From: Centroscyllium fabricii
Lineage: Eukaryota
Reading direction: 5' to 3'
Assembly: GCA_051313645.2 (NCBI GenBank)
Contig: JBNRSN020000001.1
Coordinates: 102,610,001 to 102,674,000, forward strand
DNA: 64,000 nt
The notes under the pieces are model-generated. The model ran no database searches. It saw nothing but the letters and a program-made list of their open reading frames with translations, and was not told the origin of the DNA. Every line of letters begins with the position of its first letter. The first letter of the stretch is position 1. Shown in pieces: positions 26,401 to 37,664 of this stretch. The translations under genes were made by a program, and so were the position numbers.

Positions 26401-27455
26401 GAGGAAAAGGTTTGGCATCTGCAACTCCACTTTTGTGCTTGGAAATGTGTTCCAGTTTGAGTTCCAGTGCGAGGCCGCTGTACATATTCACGTGAGTCAG
26501 TTTGTCTTGATTTGGTAGAAAAATGTTTTTGGGGACCTGCTTGCTGGGGGGCATTTATAGTTGCAATGGACTCCTCCTCCTCATTACTATCTTTCTGAAG
26601 CATTGATTGCTGTTTCTTTATTGTTTTACTTTGGAAAACCTGTGTTTTTGCTTTGTCAACTGTAAGGTCTGGATCCATCTGTAATTTTCCAGAGAGTTTA
26701 AGATCCCTTAGTCCAACAACCAATCTGTCACAAATTAGTTCATTCTGCATATTTCCATATTCACAGTGTTCAATGAGCTCATATAGCGCTTTGATGAAGC
26801 TATCATACGATTCGCCGATCTCCTGCAGGCGCCTATGAAATCTTGCGCACTCGAATATCAAATTCCTCCACGGAATTAAATGATTAGACAACTCCGTTTT
26901 AACTGTGTCATAGCTTTTCAGTTGATCAGCCGTAATATTCCTGCACTGGATGATCGCTTCAGCCTCCGCTCCCATGGAATATAATAGGGTATTGACCTGC
27001 TTTCCTCTGCATGTTTATCGAGGCCCAAAGCCTGTCTGAAACATTCAAATCTGCTGATCTACAATGGCCACTCTTCCAGCCATGTAAAATCATACTTGGA
27101 GGGGGGAGAAATCTGAAAGAATGCAGGACTTTGTGTGGCCATGATAGTAGGCTAAGCAACGTGGGGTAAGTACACATTTTCTTTCTCTCTCGCAGTCTCT
27201 TCTGGTTATCTCTGTCCTGGCTTAAATAGCTATCGTAAACTTTCATTCACCGGGAGCTGACTGGTTTCACTGTGGAAGTTAGTTCCATTGTGGGTTCAGA
27301 TCGCAATTCTAACACCATGTAATGTTTTTAAATCACAGAGACAGAGACAGGATAGTGTGTAATCAGTCATTGCTCGAGGCTAACTGTTTAATCTGGTTTC
27401 ACTTTCTGTTAACCCGCTGTTGTCCCCTACTGGGCAGAGGGTAACTAGCACCACA
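23416..27455 (-). mobile_element. Ty3/Gypsy LTR retrotransposon (Mag-like), decayed
   Basis: 138-bp LTRs 23416-23553 and 27318-27455; TSD TATGC; tRNA-Leu-like PBS TGGTGTTAGAATTGCGAT (27317-27300); PPT AGAAAGGGAGA. Confidence 0.93.
24038..27130 (-). pseudogene. gag-pol remnants (gag, RT, RNase H, integrase); knuckle/protease region apparently deleted
   Basis: FHRRLQEIGES, RICVDLTKLN, QMDDVL, ADAASFGLGAVL, TDHKPL, RTDNGPQF; frameshifts. Confidence 0.9.
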
Positions 27456-28082
27456 TATGCTATATTGCTGCTGTGAGGATACATGGAAATCTTTGGTTGC
27501 TATTACCATTAAAGTGGATAACATGCCAGATTGAAATTCTAAAAGGTGTTCCAACAGCCCTGACACAGTAAACACCTCTCCAGATATTGAATGGGCTACA
27601 TTTCATCCACTTGGATGACAGAAACAGTTATCATACTTGCCAACCTGCTGAGAAAGGATTGTGGCTTCCTCATAGGAGGAGGCTGAGTGTGAAGGGTTTC
27701 CTTATGCCGAGAGTGCAGCAAGTCTCCCTGGCTGATAGAAACATAACTGATGCACATTATTCTGAAATTTCAGCTTTGATTATATCTAAAATGAAGTCTG
27801 AGACGTATACAGAAGTCAATGGCATCATCTCACCAAACCACAAACATCCTATTGGAAACCTTATGGAAGTTAGTGTCCCCACAAGTCTTACTGCTTATTG
27901 GACTGTTCCAGAAATATGCTGTGAAGATAAGTTATAGATGGATTCAATCTTTGCTCTTCCATCAGCATTGATACTTTAAGTATCTTGCTGTAGTTTTATT
28001 TTACTTCTGTATAATCCTAAATATTGCAAATAAATCTGATCTGTAGCTTTAAACTGAAGTTCAATCTTGTAGTTTTTGACTC

Positions 28083-29396
28083 TGTAAGCGGTTTTTATCC
28101 TAGCCCAATTGCTAGACGGACAATTCAAATCGCCCCCGCTTTATGGAAGTTCTATACCCGGGAATTATTATTCAGAGTGTAAATGGAATAATTCACGGAC
28201 AGGAATGTTTCAGTGAAAAATCAAACTTATATTTATTTGGTCTAACATACACTGGCTAAAACATGCACTACTGAATGAAATCACTGTCTCTGTGGAGAAT
28301 AAAATCCAGGTTACAAACAGCATACATACAGTACACAACTGAGGACTATAACAAGCAGTAATTCCCTTGTTGCTTTGGTGGACTCTAATTCCACCCCGCC
28401 AACGAACTATCCAGTCGCATAAGCCCCTTCGCCTGGCTGAACCAAACGAGGTGCCCACCCTTGGAATAGCCCCAAAAACTTCACTTCTGAGAAAACCCCT
28501 GAGCCCCTTACACCTCACCAAGCTTGCCTGAGATATCTGGTTACCAGCTTGGGAGAATTGAGACTATGCTTACCACCACACACGGTCGGTCTCGATCGCT
28601 TTGCTCAGCAGTTTCTTCCTCTGGTACTTCTTGTTAGGTTAATCTTGGTGGAGCGAGAAAGAGAGAGAGAGAGAATGGTGGAAAAGGATCTATCCTTATA
28701 GGATATTGAAAAAAGGTCATCGACCTGAAACATCAACTCTGCTCCTCTCTCCACCGATGCTCCCGGGCCTGCTGAGTTTCTCCAGCGATTTCTGTTGTTA
28801 TTTCAGATTTCCAGCATCCGCAGTATTTTGCTCTTGTATCTTTATAGGAGTCTGGCTACCTCTATCTTTCCCACCAAGCTTTAAAATCCTTTTGTCTCTA
28901 AGCACTCCAGAGCTTAATCAGTGGTGGGTCATCATCAGACCCATGAGTATTCCGTGATTGGACTAATGGCCCAAAGTCTGAGACATATTCTTGGTCTTTG
29001 TGTTGGGAAAAACAGGCTCCTCTTCGGCTGGCTAGGCCAGTGGGTTCATTGTTCTGCTTGTCCTCGGAGATGGAGTTGAGAAGTGCTTGTGCATATTAGA
29101 GTGGCTTTCCAATAGGTTCAAGTTAACGGCTGCCTTCGGGTCCCCAGCCCCTTCGTCAATGGCCCCCTTCCTTTTTCCAGGAATGTTGGGCGAACCCATA
29201 CATTCTGGATGACTGACAGTTCTTTTGTCACAGCCAACTGCCATGCATTCTCTGGAGTTTTAACAAACCAGTCCCCCACGCATCTGCACAGGGCGATCCC
29301 ACCACAGGGAAAACACCCTCAAAAAAATCACATAAAGTCCACAAAAATATTCTCAACTGAGTCCGTTCTTCAAACAGAGACATTGCAATCTCTTCA
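28083..29396 (-). repeat. ERV 3' LTR (contains a Penelope fragment)
   Basis: Collinear with 56342-57518; minus-strand AATAAA near 28232-28237; TATAAA-like box duplicated by the insert. Confidence 0.9.
28704..28836 (+). mobile_element. Penelope terminal fragment inside the 3' LTR
   Basis: Absent from the other LTR; near-perfect 13-bp duplication TATC(C/T)TTATAGGA; similar to 31745-31840. Confidence 0.8.
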
Positions 29397-30902
29397 GTCC
29401 CCCATTTGATGCTTTTCTTTCCACAAAGCATCACTCGACGAGAGAGCAAAAGTCTAAGTCTCCCACAAGGACGATAGCAAAATACTGCGGATGCTGGAAA
29501 TCCAAAATAACAAAAGAAAATGCTGGAAAAACTCAGCAGGCCAGGCAGCATCTGTGGAGAGAAAAACGGATTCAATGTTTCAGGTTGAAACCATTCTTCA
29601 GAACGGAGAATAAAAGGCAGGAAATAAAACAGATTAAAAGGCTGTTTGGAGGCTGGGAAATGGGAGAGGGGATGAAAGAAGAGACATTAAGAGGAATAGG
29701 ACAGACAAAGAAACAAACGATGGCTCTAGATGAAGTGTGAAATGTGCTGGGAGAGTGAAAGACAGCTGCCATGTGGGAGAGAGAAAATAAAGGGAAAAGG
29801 CACAAACCAAAAGTGCGGATAAAAAATATAAAAATATACTAGGGGCTGAGTTTATGATCTGAAATTGTTGAACTCGATATTGAGTCCAGAGGGCTGTAGA
29901 GGGCCTAATCGGAAGATGAGGTGCTGTTCCTCGAGCTTACGCTGAGCTTCCGTGAAACAATGCAAGAGGCCGCAGATGGTGAGGCCTGAGTGGGAATGGA
30001 ATGGTGAATTAAAATGACAAGCGACCGGAAGCTCGGGGTCACCCTTACGGTCTGAACAGAGGTGTTCCACAAAGTGGTCACCCAATCTGCGTTTGGTCTC
30101 CCCAGTGTAGAGGAGACCACATCGTGAGCAGCGAATACAGTATACTAAATTGCAAGAAGTACACGTAAATCGCTGTTTCACCTGGAAGGGGTGTTTGGGG
30201 CCCAGTTCACTTTGCCTCCAAATTCCACCCTACCCTCACCTTCACACAGTCCATCTCCGACTCTGCCCTACCTTTCCTCGACTTCTCCGTCTCCATCTCT
30301 GGGGATAGGTTATTGACCAACATTCACTAGAAGCCCACTGACTCCCACAGCTACCTGAACTACACTTCCTCCCACCCCGCTTCCTGTAAGGACTCTATTC
30401 CATTCTCCCAGTTTCTCCGTCTCTGCCGCGTCTGCTCTGACGATACCACCTTCCACACAAGTGCTTCCGACATGTCTTCCTTTTTCCTCAACTGAGGATT
30501 CCCCTCCACCGTGGTTGACATGGCCCTCGACTGGGTTCATTCTATCTCCCACACTTCAGACCTCACCCCTGCCCCTCCCTCCCGGAACCACGTTAGGGTT
30601 CCCCTTGTCCTCACCTTTCACCTCACCAGCCTTCACATTCAATGGATCATCCTCCATCATTTCCGCCACCTCCAACGTGATCCCACCACCAAATGCATCT
30701 TCCCCTCCACTCCCCTTTCAGCATTCTGTAGGGACTGCTCACTCCGAGACACCCTAGTCCACTCCTCTATCACCCCCAGCACATCTTGCCCTTCGCCCGG
30801 CACCTTCCCGTGCAAGCACTGGAGATGCAACACCTGCCCTTATACCTCTCCCCTTCCTACTGTCCAGGGCCCCAAACACCCCTTCCAGGTGAAACAGTGT
30901 AC

Positions 30903-31180
30903 TGTAGTGCATGCAGGCCTGAAGAACCACGCTGGAGACAGTGAGATCAGATAACACTCATTTAATAGTTTACACTGCAAGGACCAGGTAGCGAAGAGAC
31001 TGAGCTACCTGGAACAGGCATATTTAAAGGGCCCGCGGTTGGTGAGGTCACTGCCGGAAGTCCCGGTGACGTCATCACACCGGAAGTCACGGTGACGTCA
31101 TCACGCCGCCCAGTGGGCGGGCCCGTGTCCCGCGGTACGCCCGAGGCGGATTTGTTGGTCTTGGTGGGCGTGTCGCCACA
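30903..31180 (-). mobile_element. Solo LTR related to the CsRn1-type Gypsy at 51547
   Basis: Begins TGTGGCGACACGCCCACC on minus; 278 bp; TSD GTAC. Confidence 0.9.
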
Positions 31181-31745
31181 GTACTTGTACTTCTTGCAAT
31201 CTGGTATACTGTATTCGCTGCTAACGATGTGGTCTCCTCTATATTGGGGAGACCAAACGCAGATTGGTTGACCGCTTTGTGGAACACCTCCGTTCAATCG
31301 TAAGGGTGACCCTGAGCTTACGGTCGCTTGTCATTTCAATTCATCGCTCCATTCCCACTCAGACCTCACCGTCTGCGGCCTCTTGCACTGTTCCACGGAA
31401 GCTCAGCGTAAGCTCAAGGAACAGCACCTCATCTTCAGCTTAGGCACTTTACAGCCTTCCAGGCTCAATATCGAGTTCAACAATTTCAGATCATAACCTC
31501 AGCCTCTATTACATTTTTTATCCACACTTTTGGTTTGTGCCTTTTCCCTTTTTTTTCTCTCTCCCACATGGCCGCCGTCTTTTACTCTGCCAGCACATTT
31601 CACACTTCATCTGGAGCCATTGTTTTTTTTTACCTGTCCTATTCCTTGAATATCTCTTAATGTCTCTTCTTTCATCCCCTCCCCCATTTCCCAGCCCCCA
31701 AACTGCCTTTTAATCTGTTTCATTTCCTACCTTTTATTCTCAGTT

Positions 31746-31773
31746 CTGAAGAAGGGTTTCGATCTGAAACGTT
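31746..31773 (+). ncRNA. Minimal hammerhead ribozyme motif in the Penelope terminus
   Basis: CTGAAGA-stem II-GAAA followed by palindromic ACGT. Confidence 0.55.
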
Positions 31774-33569
31774 GACTCTGTTTCTCTCCACGGATGTTGC
31801 CTGGGCTGCTGAGTTTTTCCAGCATTTTCTTTTTGTTATTTCTCCCACAAGTGAAGCTGTTTCCCTGTTTTTATATTTTAAACCCCAGAACCGTGCCCCT
31901 TACTGCGTGTCATAGTTCCCTTCTACTGGGTCAAAACATCAGCAAAATGGTTTCTTAACACATTCAAACGGCTGGGTTCCAATTCCCACTGACAAACTTC
32001 AAGTCAAAATACAGAACATTAATAAGATCCACAGGACGTTACCAAAATGTCACTGCGCACATCACACAGTACAGCACTGACAGGTGGTAACACATTACAA
32101 CAATGCCACAGCACACATCCGCAATACAGAGTGTAAAACTATAACCAGAATACAAAACACTTGCTTACAGAACTTAGGTACATTACAAGTTTTGACAGGG
32201 AGAAACCATCATCAACACAAATCGAATTACACCTTTCCGGATCAATCTAACACCCCTTGCCATCGTACTTGGAGCATCTGGCTCTGTCGCCTGCAGCTGG
32301 TGTAAAACAAGTAGCTTACAAGCAACAATTGTATGATCACTAATGCATGGGAACAGATGCCGATCCAGGGGGGAATCTCTATACTCAGACCGATATCCCA
32401 CCATGGTGGTGAGACAATCCCCTTGATCTCCTCCCCCACTTCTACAGTCTTTTGCTCTAAAGTGTAAAAATGATTCTGGGAGAGCTCAACGGTCTTTATT
32501 AACTCAGTGAGGTGTTCCGGCACAAAAGGAATTGGGTACCCGAAATGCTCCACATAGTCCTGGAGATGCGTGAAGGTGTTCACAGTGAGGTGAATGGTCA
32601 AGGGTTCGGGGATGGGAATAATTCGCTCTTGTGCCACTTCAACTTCAGCCTTGGGTTTGAAGCAAGAACTGCTCTCGCTCACCGGACACCACATGTCCAT
32701 GTCCTGGCTGTATTGGTAGCAGAGCGCACTTGTGGTGAGATAGTATGTCCCACTCCCTACGTATGCTACCTGTGGAGGTCCATGACCTGGTGCCATCACT
32801 TCCATGTTGCAATTGATAGATTCCATGCCTGCAGAAGCAAACCCACATTCTGGTCGTGCAAATGCATTCAAGTGCTGGGGGCACAGTGTTACGCGTGCAC
32901 CGTGTCTCTGGCATCTGGAGAGGTCAGTGCCTGTCAGAGCATGTTCCAACTTTATCACACATGGCGGGACCACTTTAAAACGAACATGTACTCCTCCACG
33001 AATGATCCCAATATTCTCAAGCCGGTCGGGATGACCTGCCCATTACTGGCATCCACACTACAATTCCCATCACTGTATGGTTGGCCCACCCGCAATCTAC
33101 AGGCTAAACGAAGCTGGCACGGGCTTAATGAATTGTTATACGGGTGCAGCGTGGCGAGATGCTTGTTGCTTAACCATGAAGGGACGCGACCTTGCCTCAG
33201 GTCCTCCGGGTTACTGCGGCTCTCGCCCAGCATCCATGCTCCATACAACACACACTCATTCCGTGTAGCCTGCTCCGAAGCGTTACTAGCCTCCCGTATC
33301 AAATCATTAACACTTTTTGTGTGCCTCTGCAGCTCCCCAATGACCTCCTTTAAATGAATGGTCATTGCCTGGTCCTCATGAAGCTCTGAACCCGCCACTG
33401 TATTTGCTTCCCCTAGAATCTTACGCAGTTGGTTCTTTAACCCAGTGATCTGCATCTGGAGTTGTGCATCATCTATACTCTTAACAATACCCATTCCTGT
33501 CCTCAACGCTGTGGCTACATCGTTCCAGGTCCCTCTGCCTCCTGGACCGCACACTATCCTCAACATTCA

Positions 33570-33982
33570 GGGCAGCATGGTGGCCCAGTGGTTAGCACTG
33601 TTGTCTCACAGCACTGGAGACCCGGGTTCAAATCCAGCCTCAGGTACTATCTGTGTGGAGTTTGCACATTCTCCCCGTGTCTGCGTGGGTTTCGTCCGGG
33701 TGCTCCGGTTTCCTCCCACATTCCAAAGATGTGCGGGTTAGGTTGATTGGCCATGATAAATTGACCCTTAGTGTTAGGGGGATTGAATATGTGGGGTTAC
33801 GGGGATAGGGTGGGATATGTGTTGGTGCAGGCTCAATAGGGATCGAGGGATATGGGGAGAGGGCAGGGACAGGGTTCTGGGTTTGGATGATCAGCCATGA
33901 TCTCATTGAATGGCGGAGCAGGCTCGAAGGGCCGAATGGCCTTCTCCTGCTCCTATCTACTATGTTTCTATGTTTCTATGTT
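33570..33982 (+). mobile_element. V-SINE inserted in env
   Basis: Nearly identical to 2199-2602. Confidence 0.92.
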
Positions 33983-34644
33983 ATAAAGCTGGTCTTTCTC
34001 TACATTTCCATAGTCCCGTTCATAAAATTCCTGAAAAGTTGCTTTTAACAGAGCTTCATAAAGCTTCTTCGTCTTCCTTGGACACCACACAGGCTGGACT
34101 TCAGTCAGGTACAGGATCACGGATGCCACAATGTAGTGCATGCTCTAAAACAGCATTTTGTCAGTGGAGATTGACAGCAACCCATTCCCTGGACCCCTGG
34201 TGGTGGCGGGACACCCATCTACAGTCGTCTGTACCATCGGGGCTCTGGGTGGGGGCTTCCTGGTGTATGAGATGAGCTCTGTGGCGTTGATGGTGTTTGG
34301 GGGTTTTGGGATCACACAGGAGTCCACACTCCGATCCCAACCGATCCCATCCCCTGCGTCCTGACATCGCCTGCTAAACGCGATTGACACACCCGCTGGG
34401 CAGATCTTTTCTGAACCCCACGTTCACACATAAATCCCGTCCTCGGATTCCTACCACTTATCCCAACACACATTCACTCCTCCATGAGAACCCGTGATCA
34501 TCCGGTACGTGTCATTACTTAGTCTTTTCCAGTCAACTGTCTGGTCCCCTGTATCTGTGCTCAGTTCCCTGAGCCACCACCAACTTCCCAGTGGAATGTA
34601 TCCCCTACAGCTAAATGTGATGAACCTTTTGGAGTGGTTCACAC

Positions 34645-34892
34645 TGTACTGTTATTGTATATAGTTCTGTTTAATGTGTTTGTATATATCTTGTTATATA
34701 TCTGTTAATGCCTTTACCTTTCTGTGAGGACCTCTCCTGGCTGACCCCACATCTGGGTGCTAGTATAAATGAGTACGCTCCACCCACTGGTCTTTTGTAC
34801 TAGGCGGACTCATCGGGCATACGGTTCAGTTCTTTGTTAATAAAAGCCTCTTTATTAAGAAACTCGCTTCTGTCATAATTTGAGGCATCTCA
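34645..34892 (+). mobile_element. Solo LTR of a Gypsy family, inserted in env
   Basis: TG...CA ends, TATAAA and AATAAAAGCC as in the 37665 and 63405 LTRs; interrupts env; TSD unclear. Confidence 0.65.
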
Positions 34893-35191
34893 CTAAGGCA
34901 CACCCGTTTACCGTCTGTTACCCTAACCCGGGAGGTGGTAACCCCTATTCTCGGGCATGGGACGTATGCTTCAACATAGGTGAACCTGTCATGGTTGGGA
35001 TACAAGGTGGAAATTGACACCAGCCATCCAGGCCATCTTCCCTCATGGAGATAGACACTCACCCCATCCTTCGAACCACCTCCAGTGGTCATGGTCGGTC
35101 TGTCTCCACCGGTGCCCCTGTGACTCGTGCTGGCTTCAATCATAACAATCAGGACTACCATGGCTGACTTCATCTTGTTCTTAGGCATTCC

Positions 35192-35205
35192 CTGAAAAAC
35201 ATACA
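35192..35205 (-). promoter_or_regulatory. Candidate env splice acceptor
   Basis: GTATGTTTTTCAG|G immediately upstream of the env ATGs. Confidence 0.45.
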
Positions 35206-35891
35206 TAATGCAACATTGTCCTTTGGTCATGCCTCACCTTTTCAGACACAGCTACACACAATTGCATTTGGTATCCACAGCATACATGTAAATCCAAATT
35301 ATACAGACAAGCTAATGCAACAGACAGGAGAGAAATAAGTTATGTACAGCGCCACTCGTCTCCGGGTGGCCACGCTACGGGGGAAAAATTCAGTTGGTTT
35401 GCGTCTCCCATTAGTACCTTAAGAGGGCGCTAATGGAGTGCAAAACAACTAGCGCCCGGGTGAGGGGTTATCTGCGCCTCACGCGGAATTGACCAGACAT
35501 TTTGCGGCAATGCTAAACAATACCACCCGATCTCCTGTGCACGCAGATCTTGACGTCATTCAAGAGTGCAATGCATTTGTGATGCCCCAGAATGGAAATT
35601 GAGTGGCGCCCCCCTCCTCTCTGCCTGGCGCAACCAATGACAGGTAGACTGGAACATTTCCCAGTCGCTGTGGGGCTCGGGGAGGGGGGGGGGCTATTTA
35701 AAGGGGGCCTCTTCCTGGCTTTTGTGGTTGAAACTTTTGCACCACTCATTCTGAGAGAGAAAGAGATTTTGAGAGAGAGAAAGAGATGCTTCTGGATTGA
35801 GTCAATGCTGTCTGAAGTAGTTATGGCTTCTGACAATAACTTTGCAGGTACTTTGGTTTTTCATCTTCATTACTTTGATTGTCTAGATACT

Positions 35892-36902
35892 ATGGGGACT
35901 GCAATGAAAGGGGGCATCGTCCTGTGCCATCATATTCAGAGGGCACAGAGACACAGAGAGAGAGTGGCAATCATGGCCAGACCACCTCCTCTGTACAGGA
36001 GATCTTACCCTCCCAGGGTATTTCACCAACAATTCTCCTACATTAATATGTCTGAGGAGCAGTGTTTGCGATGGCTGTGCTTCAGCAAGGAGCTAGTCAC
36101 TGAGCTCTGCCACCTGCTGCAGCCAGATCTGCAGCCTCAACTGAGGAGCAGGATGTCTCTGTTGGTAGCACTGAAGATAACAGTGACTCTCAACTGTTAT
36201 GCCATCGGCTCATTTCAATCAGCTACTGGGGACATCGCCAATATCTCCCAGTTCGCGGTGCATTGCTGCATACATCAGGTCACAAATGCCCTCTATAAAA
36301 GGAGACGAGAGTACATTTTTTCCCCCATGACCCCGGACAAGCAACAAGAACGTGCAATGGGCTTTGCTAGGATAGCGAGCCTCCCCATGGTGCAGGGCGC
36401 CATCGACTGCACGCATGTGGCTTTGCGTATTCAGCATGAGAATGCCGAGGATTTCTGCAACCGAAAGGGGTTCTATTCCTTAAACGTTCAGTTGCTCTGT
36501 GACCACAGACAGCTGATACTCGCTGTCGATGCCCACTATCCTGGCAGCAGCCACAATGTCTACATCCTGCGACAGACTACTGTGGCAGAACTTTTCCAGG
36601 CACCGCATCACCCAGGTGGTTGGCTTCTCGGGGACAAGCGATATACACTGTGCACCTGGCTGATGACACCGCTCTGTATGCCTAACAACCCTGCTGAGCT
36701 GCGGTACAATGAGAGCCATCAAGCTAGCAGGAACATCGTTGAGCACACAATCGGCGTGCTGAAGCAACGGTTCCGCTGTCTGTGCTGCATGCTGCACAAC
36801 CTGGCAATCCTCAGGACCCAGCCAATGCCACCAGGCCTTGGAGCGCCACCAGAGGAGGAGGAGGAAGAGGAGGAGGAAGAGGAGGAGGATAATCATCAGT
36901 AG
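35892..36902 (+). CDS. Harbinger DDE transposase (open frame, small C-terminal deletion)
   Basis: AIDCTH, NRKGFYSLNVQLLCD, LLGDKRY, IVEHTIGVLKQRFRCL; lacks ~20 aa present in Harbinger 1 after RFR.L. Confidence 0.85.
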   Translation: MGTAMKGGIVLCHHIQRAQRHRERVAIMARPPPLYRRSYPPRVFHQQFSYINMSEEQCLRWLCFSKELVTELCHLLQPDLQPQLRSRMSLLVALKITVTLNCYAIGSFQSATGDIANISQFAVHCCIHQVTNALYKRRREYIFSPMTPDKQQERAMGFARIASLPMVQGAIDCTHVALRIQHENAEDFCNRKGFYSLNVQLLCDHRQLILAVDAHYPGSSHNVYILRQTTVAELFQAPHHPGGWLLGDKRYTLCTWLMTPLCMPNNPAELRYNESHQASRNIVEHTIGVLKQRFRCLCCMLHNLAILRTQPMPPGLGAPPEEEEEEEEEEEEDNHQ

Positions 36903-37664
36903 CACCAAGGCGGGAAGGAGGCCCGCAATGTAGAGTCTGGAAGGGCCGTCCGTCAACGGCTGATAGCAAGCCATTTCTAGGCCCCTTCTGAGGAAATGGC
37001 TTCTGCTATTGAGAACAACATGAATGAAACCAACCCGCAACCCCTAAGCCGGCCAAGGCAACAATGAATGCAAAGACCAAACATTTACATTTTGAATACA
37101 AAAACGTTTTAATTTTACAAACTATGTGTGTGTCATTTCCACCTGACAAATTAATAGAAAGAAACACAAAAAAAAGACATTAACATAACTGGTTCTCACA
37201 ACCTGGAGATAATGTCCAAAACACTAAAAAAAAATTGACCACGAACCTCAGCCTTTAATAAAAAATTAATAACATTTTGTCACACCTCCTACATTTTGCC
37301 CTTCAAGGGTGATCTCCTTCCCTTGCGCACTTACCCCTTCCCACCCTACAGCTCCTCCGTAATGGGACCCTAGTTGCTGCAGCAAGGCTGGTGGAAGGCT
37401 GCTGATTGTCACACCCTGAGACTGCAGATGCCCTTGAAGGACAGCATCGACCAGCTCTGGGCCTGGAGGGCTCGGCTACAGACTGCACCAGTTCTGCATG
37501 GGCGGCAGCAGTCTGGGTTACAGGCGGCTGCAAGTGCAGTGGAGAAGTGACAGTGGTGATAGCAGGAATGCTGTCATCTTGAGAGAGGACAGCAACTCCC
37601 TGCTCGACCAACACACCGCACTCCCACGGGGCAGCACTTCAGCATCTGGAGCAATCTACTGGAG

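Larger units (their letters stand above)
29470..31840. mobile_element. Penelope-like element, inverted structure (29470-30203 minus, 30204-31840 plus)
   Basis: GIY-YIG endonuclease LVYCIRCSRCGLLYTGETKRRLGDHFVEH; RT C-terminus LPFLDF, KPTDSHSYL; TSD TCTCCCACAAG (29459-29469, 31841-31851). Confidence 0.9.
32242..35188 (-). pseudogene. env: ERV envelope glycoprotein, F-type class I fusion-like, disrupted
   Basis: Signal peptide MKSAMVVLIVMIEASTS; RRQR at 33543-33532; fusion-peptide-like TWNDVATALRTGMGIVKSID; heptad region; Cys-rich domain; TM HALVIIQLLLVSYLFY. Confidence 0.8.

Noticed and set aside
32512-33357. 281-aa plus-strand ORF antisense to env
   Set aside because: No motif and a non-ATG start; probably a shadow frame
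35592-36902. Host HARBI1 gene
   Set aside because: It lies between TIRs with a TSD, is paired with a Myb gene and is nested in an ERV, so it is a transposon copy
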